The notes beneath the pieces are model-generated. The model saw only the letters and a list, made by a program, of their open reading frames with translations, was not told the DNA's origin and made no database searches. This document shows positions 26,907 through 36,909 of a stretch of DNA of 40,537 bases, in pieces. Numbering within the stretch: position 1 is the stretch's first letter; every line of letters starts with the position of its first letter. Source of the stretch: Armatimonadota bacterium (GTDB taxonomy: Bacteria; Armatimonadota; SYMT01); assembly GCA_041690135.1 (NCBI GenBank), contig JAWLHY010000023.1, positions 1-40,537 of the forward strand, in the 5' to 3' direction. Both the position numbers and the translations under genes were made by a program.

Positions 26907-27791
26907 CTACGGCGTGCCATGATAAACTGGTCGGTTCAAAAATAGCCCCCTCAACATTCGCCTCGGCAAACCGTAACCGTCCACGTACGCTGCTCGACCG
27001 TGTGCCACACGATCATTTGCCAATAAGAGACATTGTCGGGACTCAAGTCTGAAGCTAATGAAAAGCCCAGATCCTGGGATAGCGCACTCGAGTAACATTT
27101 CCAAACTATCTTGGAGTCCATCAACTGACTCGACCATCCAAGTGGAAGTATTATCGACGGAAAAACGGGTTAAGAGTTCATCCCCTGCAAAAGCAAATAC
27201 GGGCCCCAACCTGCTGGACTGTGATCGGCCCACATCACTGCGCCGAAGGCATTCCGGATCGAAAAGCGGTGCCACGCTCGACAAACCATATCGTGTTAAA
27301 TATGCAACAGCACCGACTGCATCAAATATCCGTGTCTCACCACCTCTGTGAGCAGGCTGGCAGCATACCAGGAGAGATGTACGCACTCGCCCAATAGGTT
27401 CTAGCGTGCCATCGACATGCAATGCCTGTGATTGGCTAGTAGAGAAGCCTCTGTGAACGCCATCGCCAACAGATTCATCCTTTCTTTGTATATAATTGAA
27501 CCCAGTACTATCGTATAACCCAGCCCCCCCGTGATATTGAGGCGGCACATAGGGCTCCCCCAGACTCAGATCCCGAGCCATACTCATTACTGTATCTATG
27601 GCCGTGTCTGGCAACTCCACGAGTGCGAATCCCATCGCCTTATAAGACAAACAAATCTTCTCGTAACACCCAACCCCGCCCAAGCGAATAGGAGCAGGTG
27701 TCCACACTGGATCCTTACTGTACACACCCTTTCTTAGGCGCATGTCCTGCAAACAAGTGAACCTAGAGAGGTGTCGGTACACATCACGCAC
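26907..27791 (-). CDS. TauD/TfdA (clavaminate synthase-like) Fe(II)/2OG dioxygenase
   Basis: LHVDGT (HxD), CCQPAHRGGET, LLLANDRVAHGR, RRMLRG; low GC. Confidence 0.85.
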   Translation of the reverse strand: MRDVYRHLSRFTCLQDMRLRKGVYSKDPVWTPAPIRLGGVGCYEKICLSYKAMGFALVELPDTAIDTVMSMARDLSLGEPYVPPQYHGGAGLYDSTGFNYIQRKDESVGDGVHRGFSTSQSQALHVDGTLEPIGRVRTSLLVCCQPAHRGGETRIFDAVGAVAYLTRYGLSSVAPLFDPECLRRSDVGRSQSSRLGPVFAFAGDELLTRFSVDNTSTWMVESVDGLQDSLEMLLECAIPGSGLFISFRLESRQCLLLANDRVAHGRAAYVDGYGLPRRMLRGLFLNRPVYHGTP

Positions 27792-27797
27792 TTGGCG

Positions 27798-28880
27798 CTA
27801 CTCCCCATCTAATGCATTGACAATCAAGGCTCTCGCAGCAATACGCAGAGCCTTGGCAGTTTGATGCTTGTTCTCATCATTGAATGTGTCTTCACGGTCA
27901 CTAGTTAGTGCAATTACACCGATACGGCCGGGAATAGGCACTGCAAGAACATCTTTATAGTATAGCTTATAACCCCTCACGTCCTGTCGTTCGGGCTTCC
28001 CAAGATCAAGGCATCGCCACACTAATGAAGGATTTCCACGGGCACGCAACCAACTGCTCCCGTAAGGAGAACCAGGCATATGAGGATATTTTGCCACAGA
28101 TGCAAGTAGCTCGACTTCCTTTCCATCCAAAATCTTGGAACCTCGCAAATAAATTTTCACAGTAAACGAACCACCTCCGAAAAGATAGGTGCATAGTTCA
28201 ACCAACTGTTGCGCTGCATGAAGCAAGCGATCTTGCGCAGCTGCTTCGAGCTTCAAGTTACCAAGCGATATATTCGTGTCCCGCACGTCCTCAAATACGC
28301 TGGTAACATCCAAGCACGCTCGAGCCTTCTGAGTTATATCCGGCTTAAGCTCGTGGAACTCCGGGATAATAGCACTAATCTGCTCGATTCTCTTTGTATC
28401 ATCAACGCCATAGCCTGATCCGTCGTCACTCAGACCCAGCAATGCTATCTGCGCAGCAAGATGTTCTGCCACATTCATCAATCGGAGTTCTGATATTTCA
28501 CGCTTCAGTTCCTGAATGTCTTTCGGAATTAGATGAACTGAGAACTGCACTACTGCAACCAGGACAAGATGCGCCGCCAATATGGCGTATGCTGTCTCAT
28601 TGGGAGCTTGTGTCCTGACCAGAATAGCCCCAATAATCGAGCCTGATGCAGCCAGAAAGGTTTGGGTAAGTACTAGCGCATTGCGTGCGCGGGTGCCCGA
28701 GTCCCCTCCGTAGCGTTCCGCAAACCGAAGTAAGAATCCCCTATACCGCTCGAACGACGAAGGACAAGCATCGATGCCTTCCGCTTGTAAAGCATATGAA
28801 AGCACTTCCTGAAGCGTTGACGAAGGCGTGTAGCGGTGTGCTGTCACGGAAAACTTCGAGTTCTTCTTTTGGGTCTGCAC
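27798..28880 (-). CDS. Hypothetical membrane protein: 2 TM helices, coiled coil, C-terminal GAF-like domain
   Basis: 360-aa low-GC ORF with GGGAG RBS; two hydrophobic helices; YKDVLAVPIPGRIGVIALTSDREDTF resembles GAF C-terminal strands. Confidence 0.72.
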   Translation of the reverse strand: MQTQKKNSKFSVTAHRYTPSSTLQEVLSYALQAEGIDACPSSFERYRGFLLRFAERYGGDSGTRARNALVLTQTFLAASGSIIGAILVRTQAPNETAYAILAAHLVLVAVVQFSVHLIPKDIQELKREISELRLMNVAEHLAAQIALLGLSDDGSGYGVDDTKRIEQISAIIPEFHELKPDITQKARACLDVTSVFEDVRDTNISLGNLKLEAAAQDRLLHAAQQLVELCTYLFGGGSFTVKIYLRGSKILDGKEVELLASVAKYPHMPGSPYGSSWLRARGNPSLVWRCLDLGKPERQDVRGYKLYYKDVLAVPIPGRIGVIALTSDREDTFNDENKHQTAKALRIAARALIVNALDGE

Positions 28881-29284
28881 TTTTTGTGTCTCCCGCCTAT
28901 TTACGCGTATGGCGAATTAGCTAGTGAAGGTTCCTAAACTCAGCAGGCACTGGTATTTCGATGGGTTAATGCCGCGATTTAGTAACCCAAGCCTTGGAAT
29001 GCGACTTTTCAAGATGTCTGGAAACAATTAGATAATCGAGCGTGTGTTAATGTGTGATAAAACACTTTACAAGAAGCGCTTCAATCATCGAGTCACAGCT
29101 CGTAGCTAGCTTACTGGGATATCTCCGGCTGGGAGACGTGCCACCCCTAGAGGTGCTGATACACATTCGTTTTGGTGGCGGTTGACCAAGCCGAAGATAG
29201 CTTGGGGGGCCGAATACCACTTTGCTTGTTGTCTGTCCATCCTTTAAGTTCCTCCGTTTCTACGGCTGGCAACCTTCAGCGCTG

Positions 29285-30604
29285 GTAACCGTTGCCCGGG
29301 GTGACGAGAAGACGCGTAAATGGAACTGTCCACTTATAGCAGCCTCTGATTCTCAAGCCGTCGGTGGCCGAGTTGAGGGGAGACGTGCTCAGCCTCCAAA
29401 CCCCGGTGTGAGAACTCCAGGCAGGCAGGATGAGCATTGCTGGAGTTGTCGGCGCCCGCGCCCCACCGGACGCCGTAGATCAAATCGTCGTGGTGACGCC
29501 CCCCACCTGTGGGCACTGTGGTGCGGACTTCCCCCACGAATTGCCGCCGATCCGGCCGGTGATCGCCGAGTATCAACTCCACGCCCGCCGCTGCCGCACC
29601 TGTGGTCGGAGCACCTGGGCGGAACTGCCCGCGGGCGTCAGCCAGCAGTGTGTTGGACCGCGGGTGCAAGCACTGGCGGCCCTTCTTGCGGGAGGCTGCC
29701 GGTTGCCGCGTCGCCAGGTCTAAACCCTGCTCTAGGATCTCTGTAGGATCCGGACCTTCTAGGGCCTTTGATGGCCCTCAAGGCCGATACCGTCCAGGCG
29801 TTTGCCACCACGTAACAGCAAGTGGCCACCGCATGGCCCAGGCGCCGGTGCTGGGGAGAGACGGGACGAGTTAGCGCGAGGCCGGGGTTCTCCACTGGTT
29901 GTGAACCGCCGTAACCCCGCGGTTCACCTTCTACCGGATCGATCGGCATCGCAGTCGGGCGGCCTGTGCGGCGCTGGTTGGGGACGGGAAGAAGATGCCC
30001 TCCCAAGTCGGTGCTGATCACGGATCGCTATAGCACCTACGGGCATTTGTCAGATGGACGTCGTTCCCGGTGTTGGGCTCATCTCGCGCGTGACTTCCGG
30101 GCGGCCCAAGAGCGCGGCGGGATCGATGGTGCTGTGGGCCGGTGGGCGCTGGATGTGCTGGGGCAGATCCTGAAACCGTGGCACCAGTATCGCCGGGGCA
30201 ACTCGACCGGGAAGCGCTGCTCGCGGCCCTCCAAGCGCGCCAGGAGTAGCTCCATCCACCCCTGCGCTAGGGAGCAGAACAATGCACCGGGCCGACCCAC
30301 GCCCTGTGTCGACATCTGATGGAGCACTGGGCGTCCCTCTGGACGTGGCTGAACTACGAAGACGGCGAGCCGACGAACAACGCCGGCGAGCGGTCCCTCG
30401 GCCCGGCGGTGCTGTGGCGCAAGAGCAGCTTCGGGTACCAATCCGACGCTGGCGAGCATTTCGCCGAATGAATGCTGAAGGTGGTCGGTACCCTGCGGTT
30501 GCAGCACGGCAACCTGTGGGATTACTTGGTGTGGACCTGCCTGGCGGCGGTTCAGCGGCAGATCGCCGCCAGTCTCCTACCGTAGCCCTCCCCTGAGCGG
30601 TTAT
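29285..30604 (+). mobile_element. Degenerate IS66-family (ISBst12-like) element with transposase pseudogene
   Basis: Fragments PPTCGHCG, EYQLHARRCRTCG, LITDRYSTY, RCWAHLARDF, EPTNNAGER..PAVLWRKSSFG across frames with stops; imperfect IRs gtaaccgtt... / ...ctgagcggttat. Confidence 0.85.
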
Positions 30605-30625
30605 CCATCAGCTTACGGGTAACTA

Positions 30626-31603
30626 TTAGAACAGGATTCTCCATGCTGCCTTGAACGCCTCCTTTCGTTGCTGTTGGCTCTGCCCGGATACGCCGGCACA
30701 TCGAAGGGCGTGGGCATCCCAACCGAGCGGCCAGCGCTTGAAGACGTGCGCCCGGCAGGCGGGGCAGAGTACCTGCCGTCCAGTCACATCCCGCGCCACC
30801 AGACCGCTTACGTCCGTGATCACCGGTAACGGAAGGGGTCTGGCCAGAGATTCCACCTTCCCCACGGCAGTGCGATCGGCATCATCCACGGGTGGCGGAG
30901 TTTCCGGGCCCCAGAACCGAAGTAACGAGCCTGCCGCATCGACCAAAGGTCCGATGCGTTTGCCGAAGGCAGCGCGGTGTTGCTCCTGTGGCAGGAGAAA
31001 GAAACCCACGTGCGGCGTCACGACTGCCGTAACCTCCGGAGCGCCAGTCTCGTCCGCCAGGCGCTGCTGAAGACTGGGTATGAACCGGTTTCGCCGCTCC
31101 CGTGGGAAGTGCTGGTAGACCAGGACAGAGAGGCCGCTCCGGTAGGCGTGCGCCAGCTCTGCCCAGTAGAGGAATTTGGATGAGTTCCTCGAACCATACG
31201 TGCAAGAAGAGACTTCGAACCCGTTATCAGGATCGAAGAAAACCCAATCCGCCTCGGCATAGAGGCTGGCCAGTAGCTGGAAGTAACCCTGACGCGCGGA
31301 GATATCGTCTGTGAGCAGACTGGAGTGGAAGCGGCTGTTGGGAAGCAACCCCACAGCCTCGATCGAGGCTACGCCTCGCGGCAAGCGCTCCACAGCGGCC
31401 TTAAGAAAGTCGAACAACTCCGGGTCGAGACCTCGATAGCGGGCCGGCTGGGAAAGGTATCCGAGTTTTCGCCCGTCGGCACCTCCGTCCTCGGGCGTCA
31501 GCATCCAGGCTACCAGTGTGCGGAGTTCGCCACGGCCGGAAAGGGCGCGAAGCAGAGCGTACTTGAAGTAGTCGTTGATGTCACCGAAGTACTGGTTCTT
31601 CAC
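30626..31603 (-). CDS. Conserved hypothetical (KNQYFGD..D..KY type, MTase-like fold suspected) with C-terminal Zn-finger-like tail
   Basis: GTG start with GGAGAG RBS; KNQYFGDINDYFKYALLR, VFFDPDNG, VYQH; tail CPAC...HALRC. Confidence 0.7.
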   Translation of the reverse strand: MKNQYFGDINDYFKYALLRALSGRGELRTLVAWMLTPEDGGADGRKLGYLSQPARYRGLDPELFDFLKAAVERLPRGVASIEAVGLLPNSRFHSSLLTDDISARQGYFQLLASLYAEADWVFFDPDNGFEVSSCTYGSRNSSKFLYWAELAHAYRSGLSVLVYQHFPRERRNRFIPSLQQRLADETGAPEVTAVVTPHVGFFLLPQEQHRAAFGKRIGPLVDAAGSLLRFWGPETPPPVDDADRTAVGKVESLARPLPLPVITDVSGLVARDVTGRQVLCPACRAHVFKRWPLGWDAHALRCAGVSGQSQQQRKEAFKAAWRILF

Positions 31604-31938
31604 AGGTATGGCTCTCCACTCGTAGTCCCTACCATTGCCTCGGAGGAACTCGCACACTCCCACGCTACGGGGGTGATCGCGACCGGGCACGCGCTCTCTC
31701 CGCGGCGCCGAAGTGCTCGAACCCTGAGAGGCAGTGCGGCCTGCTCTGCAGCGGCTCGGCGCCTACGCTTCGAAGAACACGATGCGCGCGAACCGAGAGA
31801 ACACAGTGGCAGCTGTGGTGTTGGATGGCCATTCACCAGGCTGCGGCAACTTCTCCTCTCCGCACCCGCAAGCTGTACCATCCACCCAAAGGCCGAACAC
31901 AGCCGACGAACCACAGGTCAACCGAACACAGGGAGAGT

Positions 31939-32385
31939 TCAGGCTGTTGCTCCACCAGCTGCGCCGTCCGACCGGTCAACGCGTTCCTGTGGGGGTGCAC
32001 CCTCGCCCAGTAATTCGAGGATCCGGTTGTATGTCTCGTCGGGGCTGCCTATCTTCTCCTTCACAGGTGAGGCGGGGAGAGTGCTACGGAGTAACGCGAC
32101 CTTGTCGAGGCAAATGCCCAGGACGGTCGCTGCCTCGCGCGCGGAGGCTTCTTCCAGCTTCTCGGGAAGCACTTCGACGCAGCGATAAGCAAGCATCTCC
32201 AGCGAATCTGCGAGTGCGTGCTGGCGCTCCGCGATGTCACCCGCCAATTCTCCATCGGCGAGGTGCTTCCACAGGCGAAGGGTGCTCACCGGCATCTGAA
32301 GCTCCCTCGCAGTTTTCCGAACGTTGCCGCCGTTCGCGGCAAGCAACGCCAAAGCATCTGTTTTGGTGCGGTCGGGATAAGCCAT
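31939..32385 (-). CDS. HTH protein, terminase-small-subunit-like
   Basis: N-terminal HTH (NVRKTARELQMPVSTLRLWK), then helical ASAREAATVLGICLDKVALLR; located downstream of the primase-helicase. Confidence 0.6.
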   Translation of the reverse strand: MAYPDRTKTDALALLAANGGNVRKTARELQMPVSTLRLWKHLADGELAGDIAERQHALADSLEMLAYRCVEVLPEKLEEASAREAATVLGICLDKVALLRSTLPASPVKEKIGSPDETYNRILELLGEGAPPQERVDRSDGAAGGATA

Positions 32386-32614
32386 AATGGATGTTTCCCG
32401 GACAGGAAACTGTCCGCAAAAAAGGGGCGGAGTGAGCACACTGCGCCCAGCAACTGCATTGCGATCCTGGATCACGCTGCCTGGCCTCATGCCCTCGTTT
32501 CCCCATTCCCCCCGTGTAGCGAGGCCCTTCCAGCATTAGACTCACTGAATGTGCAAGTCTGTATTCGCCTTCACCAAATTACGCGAATCATTGATCACAC
32601 GCGTTGAGGAGGAC

Positions 32615-35423
32615 TCAAAATGAGGAAATGGGGGAAACGGGGGGAGCTGCCGGCGAGACATGCACCACCCACCACTGTGGCTTTCCCTTTACCGAGTTGC
32701 TCCTCGCCTTCTCAAGCCGAAAGCCACCCGGGAAAGTACAACCGTTGCGTCTTGCCAATGCTTTGCCGAGTGCCCGCTCGAAACCCCCGTTGGACTGCTC
32801 CCACTTCTCACTAAGGGCACCGGGGAGGCACTCACGAAGTCGCTCGGAAGCAGTTAGCCGACGCGTGAGCTCAAATGTGCTCACCGCTTTGTCCTCGCCA
32901 ATCTCCTCGCCCCACTGGCGGATAAAGTCCTCCCACTCGACCGCCTCTTCGTCCGCCTCTTCGTAGAGCGAGTCCTGATTACAGAGGAAGCCTGTAACCC
33001 CCGCGTGTTCGAGAATGCCGGCCATAGCACGACTCCACGCCTCGAAGCTACCCAGCGCTCTCACTGGCACAGATGGTTTCCCTGCGGCGTACCACGCACG
33101 AACCAATGTCAGGAGTGCGATAAGCAATAAAGCCCGGTTCTCCCGAACCCACTCGCGCAGGTTGGGATGTCGGAACTCGCCACGCTCCCACGGTCGGGCT
33201 TCGCGGGCATCAAGGCCAATGCGGTAGGAGCGACGTGCCAGATCTCCTCTGAGCCGAAGATTGTTGCCGGTAGCAATCCAGGTTGCCCGCTGCGGAAGCC
33301 GGACGATATCGTTGGTCTTGAGTACCCGATCTTCCCATTCGCTGGTGGTAAGAGCGGCCGCGAGGTTGCCCGACCCTAACGGTTCGTCTACGTTATCGAT
33401 GACAATTACACGTGCCCCGAGCATTAACTGGCTGGTGAGCCGTTTTCGCCACTCGTCCTCGGATTTTGCCGGCGTCATCATACCTGCACCCCTACCGGTA
33501 GTGATACAGGTGACTACCTCTGCCAGCAGGCTCTTGCCCGTGCCTGCCTGGGGAGCATCGATGAGCGCCAGCGGTACGGGACCATCGATCGCCGGCCGGA
33601 GTAGCGGGGTCAGCGCAAGGGCGATCAAGTTCGCCTTGCTGCCGTCATCCACGAACGGGAAGTCAATGATCGTGTCGAAGAGTAGCTTCCTGGCGGCAAC
33701 CACGTCCCTGTCGCTTGGTGAATCCGTAACTGTGATGGTCTCCAAATCGGCCGCGGGAGCGTAGATCAGACGAGTAGCGGGGTCGTACCCTGGGTCCGCC
33801 AACACTGTACCGTCGTGCCGGACGACGGGAACATCCGTGATACCTTCAAGAGGCGGAAATGGCCAATCGCCGCGAACTAGAAGGTCCCGAACAACTTCGA
33901 CCGGCGGCAGAGTGTGGGTTGGGCCTCCGCTGCGTAGCACGTGAAAGTTCGCGATCCGGGTCAGGTGGCCCCGGAGGCTCGCTTCATTGAGCGGTTCGAC
34001 AGTCCAGCGCCCATTCTCGTCGGCGCGCGCCCGCACGAGCTGGCCACAGCGCACGAACAGCGAGGGAGGCGTGTTGGCGACATCGAGTGCGTGAAGTGCA
34101 TCATCGGAGGTATCCCGTAACGGTCGATCGGTGACGACTATGGCGGGTAACCCTTCCGTATCCGGCACGCTCGCAGATTGCTGCAGGCGGTGTTCTTCGA
34201 CGGCTCGGTCGAGATCTCGCAGACTGAGCCGCCGAGACAACTTCTCTTTGACGGCCGCTTTGGCTTTTCCGTAGTCCGTTGCGCTCAGGCTCGCAAGCAG
34301 CGGGACTGCATTGAAGATGGCGCCAGCATTCCCGTCCCAAGCCGCATCCTGGAGCAACGCCAGGAAGTCTTCCAACTGACCCGCAGGCGCCTGTGAAGTC
34401 CGGGCCCGGCTTGCCGCTCGGGAAAGTCCTGCCCGCTGCGCGGCTCGCAGCCTGCGCGGAGGCGTGTAAGTATCGGACGTCGCAGCTATCGCCTTCTGAA
34501 TAGTCATCTCGCCATAGGGCTGCGCACCACGTAGCTCGTCCCACTTGGGCCGCATTAATCGTGACTGGCGAAAGAGCCGATCCATAAGAACTGGATCTTT
34601 CCCCGTCCAGAAGGCGAGGTGACCGCACAGGGCCAGATCAGCCCGGCTCCAATCGTCATTGTAAGCGCTGATGTCGCCGTTGAAGAGACGCTCGACGTGG
34701 CATCCGTTCTGGGCGCCGAACATCAGCTCAAGAAGTCCAGCATCGTCAAGAGTGGTCTCTGCCGGTTCGGCGTTATGCGATCCGTGGAAGTCCCGTCGGC
34801 CAGTTGTCTTGGTGACTGGTGGAAAGAACCTGCGGTGGAATGCTTCGAGCTTCGCCTGGCAATCAGCCACCAAGAGTGGAGTGGCCGGCGAGGTGCCAGC
34901 CGGTAACGGTGAAGTAACGTTCACGATCGTAAACCTCAATTGCGCCCCGCCCACTCAGGCCGAGGCCCCCTTTCTTGTGTCCAGACCAACAATCCGGAGG
35001 CAGTTGCCCCTGGATGAAGATCTTCACTCCCGTCTTCGACGGGCTGACTTCGGTGTAGCTGTTGAACTCGGCGATGATCTCCTGAGCCCAATCCTCGATC
35101 TCGCCGGTGTCCGGATTTCGGCAGTGGTCCAGATCAATCCCCGCGAAGGGGTTAGCGTGTTTAGGGCCGATGTTCTTTTCCGGGTCCTCCTTCGCGAACA
35201 CGAACCCCACACCTGTATAGCGACCTTTGGATCGCTCCAGAGCTGTCAGTGCTTTCTCGAAGGTGCACCAGGTGGTTGGATTGGTCGTTGATGCCTTTTC
35301 CCCGTTGCGCGCTTGGTACGGCACTTTGGTGGGTTTGGGACTTCCGGCCCGCGTCTCAGACTTCCAAACAACCCAGCAGGCGCACTCCCGGAGTTCGGCA
35401 GGAATCTGAAGCAGGTTGCTCAT
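32615..35423 (-). pseudogene. NrS-1-like primase-polymerase / helicase interrupted by a single frameshift
   Basis: Prim-pol motifs WVVWK, KVPY, DLDHC, YTEVSPS, IEVY..RYFTVTG in 34863-35423; SRADLAL...FWT...KWD and Walker A GTGKS, IDNV, TGNN in 32615-34954; one extra base at 34883-34884. Confidence 0.85.
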
Positions 35424-35635
35424 CCGCGACTCTCTCCCTTGCTGCTCAAGAAATGACTCGAAGCGCCTGCTGAGAGGAGCCCGTTCAAGGCATCTCTTGG
35501 GACGAGCAGGCGCTTCCCGATCCGGATCGAAGGAATCTCACCCGATCTTACCGCCTGATAGGCGAGGTTGCGGCCGATGCCTAGCAAGGCACCGGCCTCT
35601 TCCACCGTGACTGTCATCCGCTTGGTATCCAGCAT
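35420..35635 (-). CDS. Excisionase-family HTH DNA-binding protein
   Basis: TVEEAGALLGIGRNLAYQAVRSGEIPSIRIGKRLLVPR; AGGAGG RBS. Confidence 0.92.
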   Translation of the reverse strand: MLDTKRMTVTVEEAGALLGIGRNLAYQAVRSGEIPSIRIGKRLLVPRDALNGLLSAGASSHFLSSKGESRG

Positions 35636-35744
35636 TGATCGTGTTACCTCCTAGCTCTTGTGCGCTGCCTAGCGAGCAGGGTATCCGCTGCTCCCTGAGA
35701 ATAGATCTCCATAACTGGGAATGTTCAATCATCAATTGATATAA

Positions 35745-36890
35745 TTGGACGCAGACATCTTCCGATTACAGAGGATTGCAGTGCATCAGAACAGCAGTGC
35801 CCCCACCGAGCATGGCCCGCTCACCGGATGTTGGACTCGAAGGCGTTACTTCGTTGAGGAAGGGTTGATCCAGCCTCTTCCCCGCGGGGCTACCGAAGAG
35901 TACGATCCATTCATTTCCTACTACGGTTCGGACTCCACGTGGTCGGGCCGTTCACTGTACCTGGAGTTACTGGAACTCGACATAGGCAGCGAGCACGCTA
36001 TCGAAGGGTTCACGTCTCGCTGGGGGCTGCTGGGTCTGTACCAGCACAGGCTCGTGCAAATCCGGCGAGCAGAGGCCGATCTTGACCTATCCACCAAGAT
36101 CGATCGGGTGCCGGAGTATCTCGTGGAGCACTTCGAAGCGCCGAGTTCCACCCCCGAATGGGTGAACGTAGAGCGTTGGTGGCTCACGCGTGAGCAGTTG
36201 GAGACCGATCCGGAAGGTGCCAAGCGTTTCTTCCGTGCCTGGCTGAATACACGTAAGCCGCATACCGTCGCTTCCGCCATCGTGGCGTCATCGGAAGGCT
36301 ACTACGAAGAGTTACCTCTCGGGGACTACGCTCAGCGTTTCTTCCCCCATCCCCCCAAGCTCAGTCTTGACTCGGAGAAGGTGTTTCAAATGTTACGGAG
36401 CACTGCGCAGGCATTGGAAGATGATGACTTCCGCGCCGTCGATCAAATCGAGCAGGTGAAGCAACTGATCGCTTCGGTGCCGCGCCTCGGTTCCAAGTGG
36501 TTCTGGGAGCGTCTCTGCGAGCCTGTGGATGAGTTCCGACAGGCCGTGGAAGAACTCCGGAGCGTGTTCGCTGGGTGCACTGACCGGGAGGACAAATTGG
36601 CGGTGGGCTTGGCGATGCAAACCTGCACGCGGCACATACGTCGCGTTCACCCCATTCCGCACTTTGAAGAAGGTGCATTGACGTGGCGGTGGTCATTCCC
36701 CTCACTACTAGCCGCCGCCTATATGATGCTGTTCCTCGACGTTGCAGTCGAAGGACGCAAACTCCGCTACTGTGAGGGTTGCGGAAAGAGTTTCGTCGCT
36801 GATCGATCGGACAAGCGCTTTTGCGGTCGCGCTTGCCAGAATCGATCCAATCAGCGCCGATACCGCCAACGTGCTGGCGGAGATGAATAG
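35745..36890 (+). CDS. Hypothetical protein with C-terminal CGNR-type zinc finger
   Basis: CEGCGKSF...KRFCGRACQNRSNQRRYR; FTSRWGLLG block. Confidence 0.8.
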   Translation: MDADIFRLQRIAVHQNSSAPTEHGPLTGCWTRRRYFVEEGLIQPLPRGATEEYDPFISYYGSDSTWSGRSLYLELLELDIGSEHAIEGFTSRWGLLGLYQHRLVQIRRAEADLDLSTKIDRVPEYLVEHFEAPSSTPEWVNVERWWLTREQLETDPEGAKRFFRAWLNTRKPHTVASAIVASSEGYYEELPLGDYAQRFFPHPPKLSLDSEKVFQMLRSTAQALEDDDFRAVDQIEQVKQLIASVPRLGSKWFWERLCEPVDEFRQAVEELRSVFAGCTDREDKLAVGLAMQTCTRHIRRVHPIPHFEEGALTWRWSFPSLLAAAYMMLFLDVAVEGRKLRYCEGCGKSFVADRSDKRFCGRACQNRSNQRRYRQRAGGDE

Positions 36891-36909
36891 GCTACCGAAA
36901 GGAGACACC

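Noticed and set aside
29277-30612. Target-site duplication for the IS66 remnant
   Set aside because: Flanking 8-mers (cagcgctg and ccatcagc) do not match.
32615-34954. Programmed ribosomal frameshift or independent helicase gene
   Set aside because: No slippery sequence or good RBS; a single-base indel explains the split.
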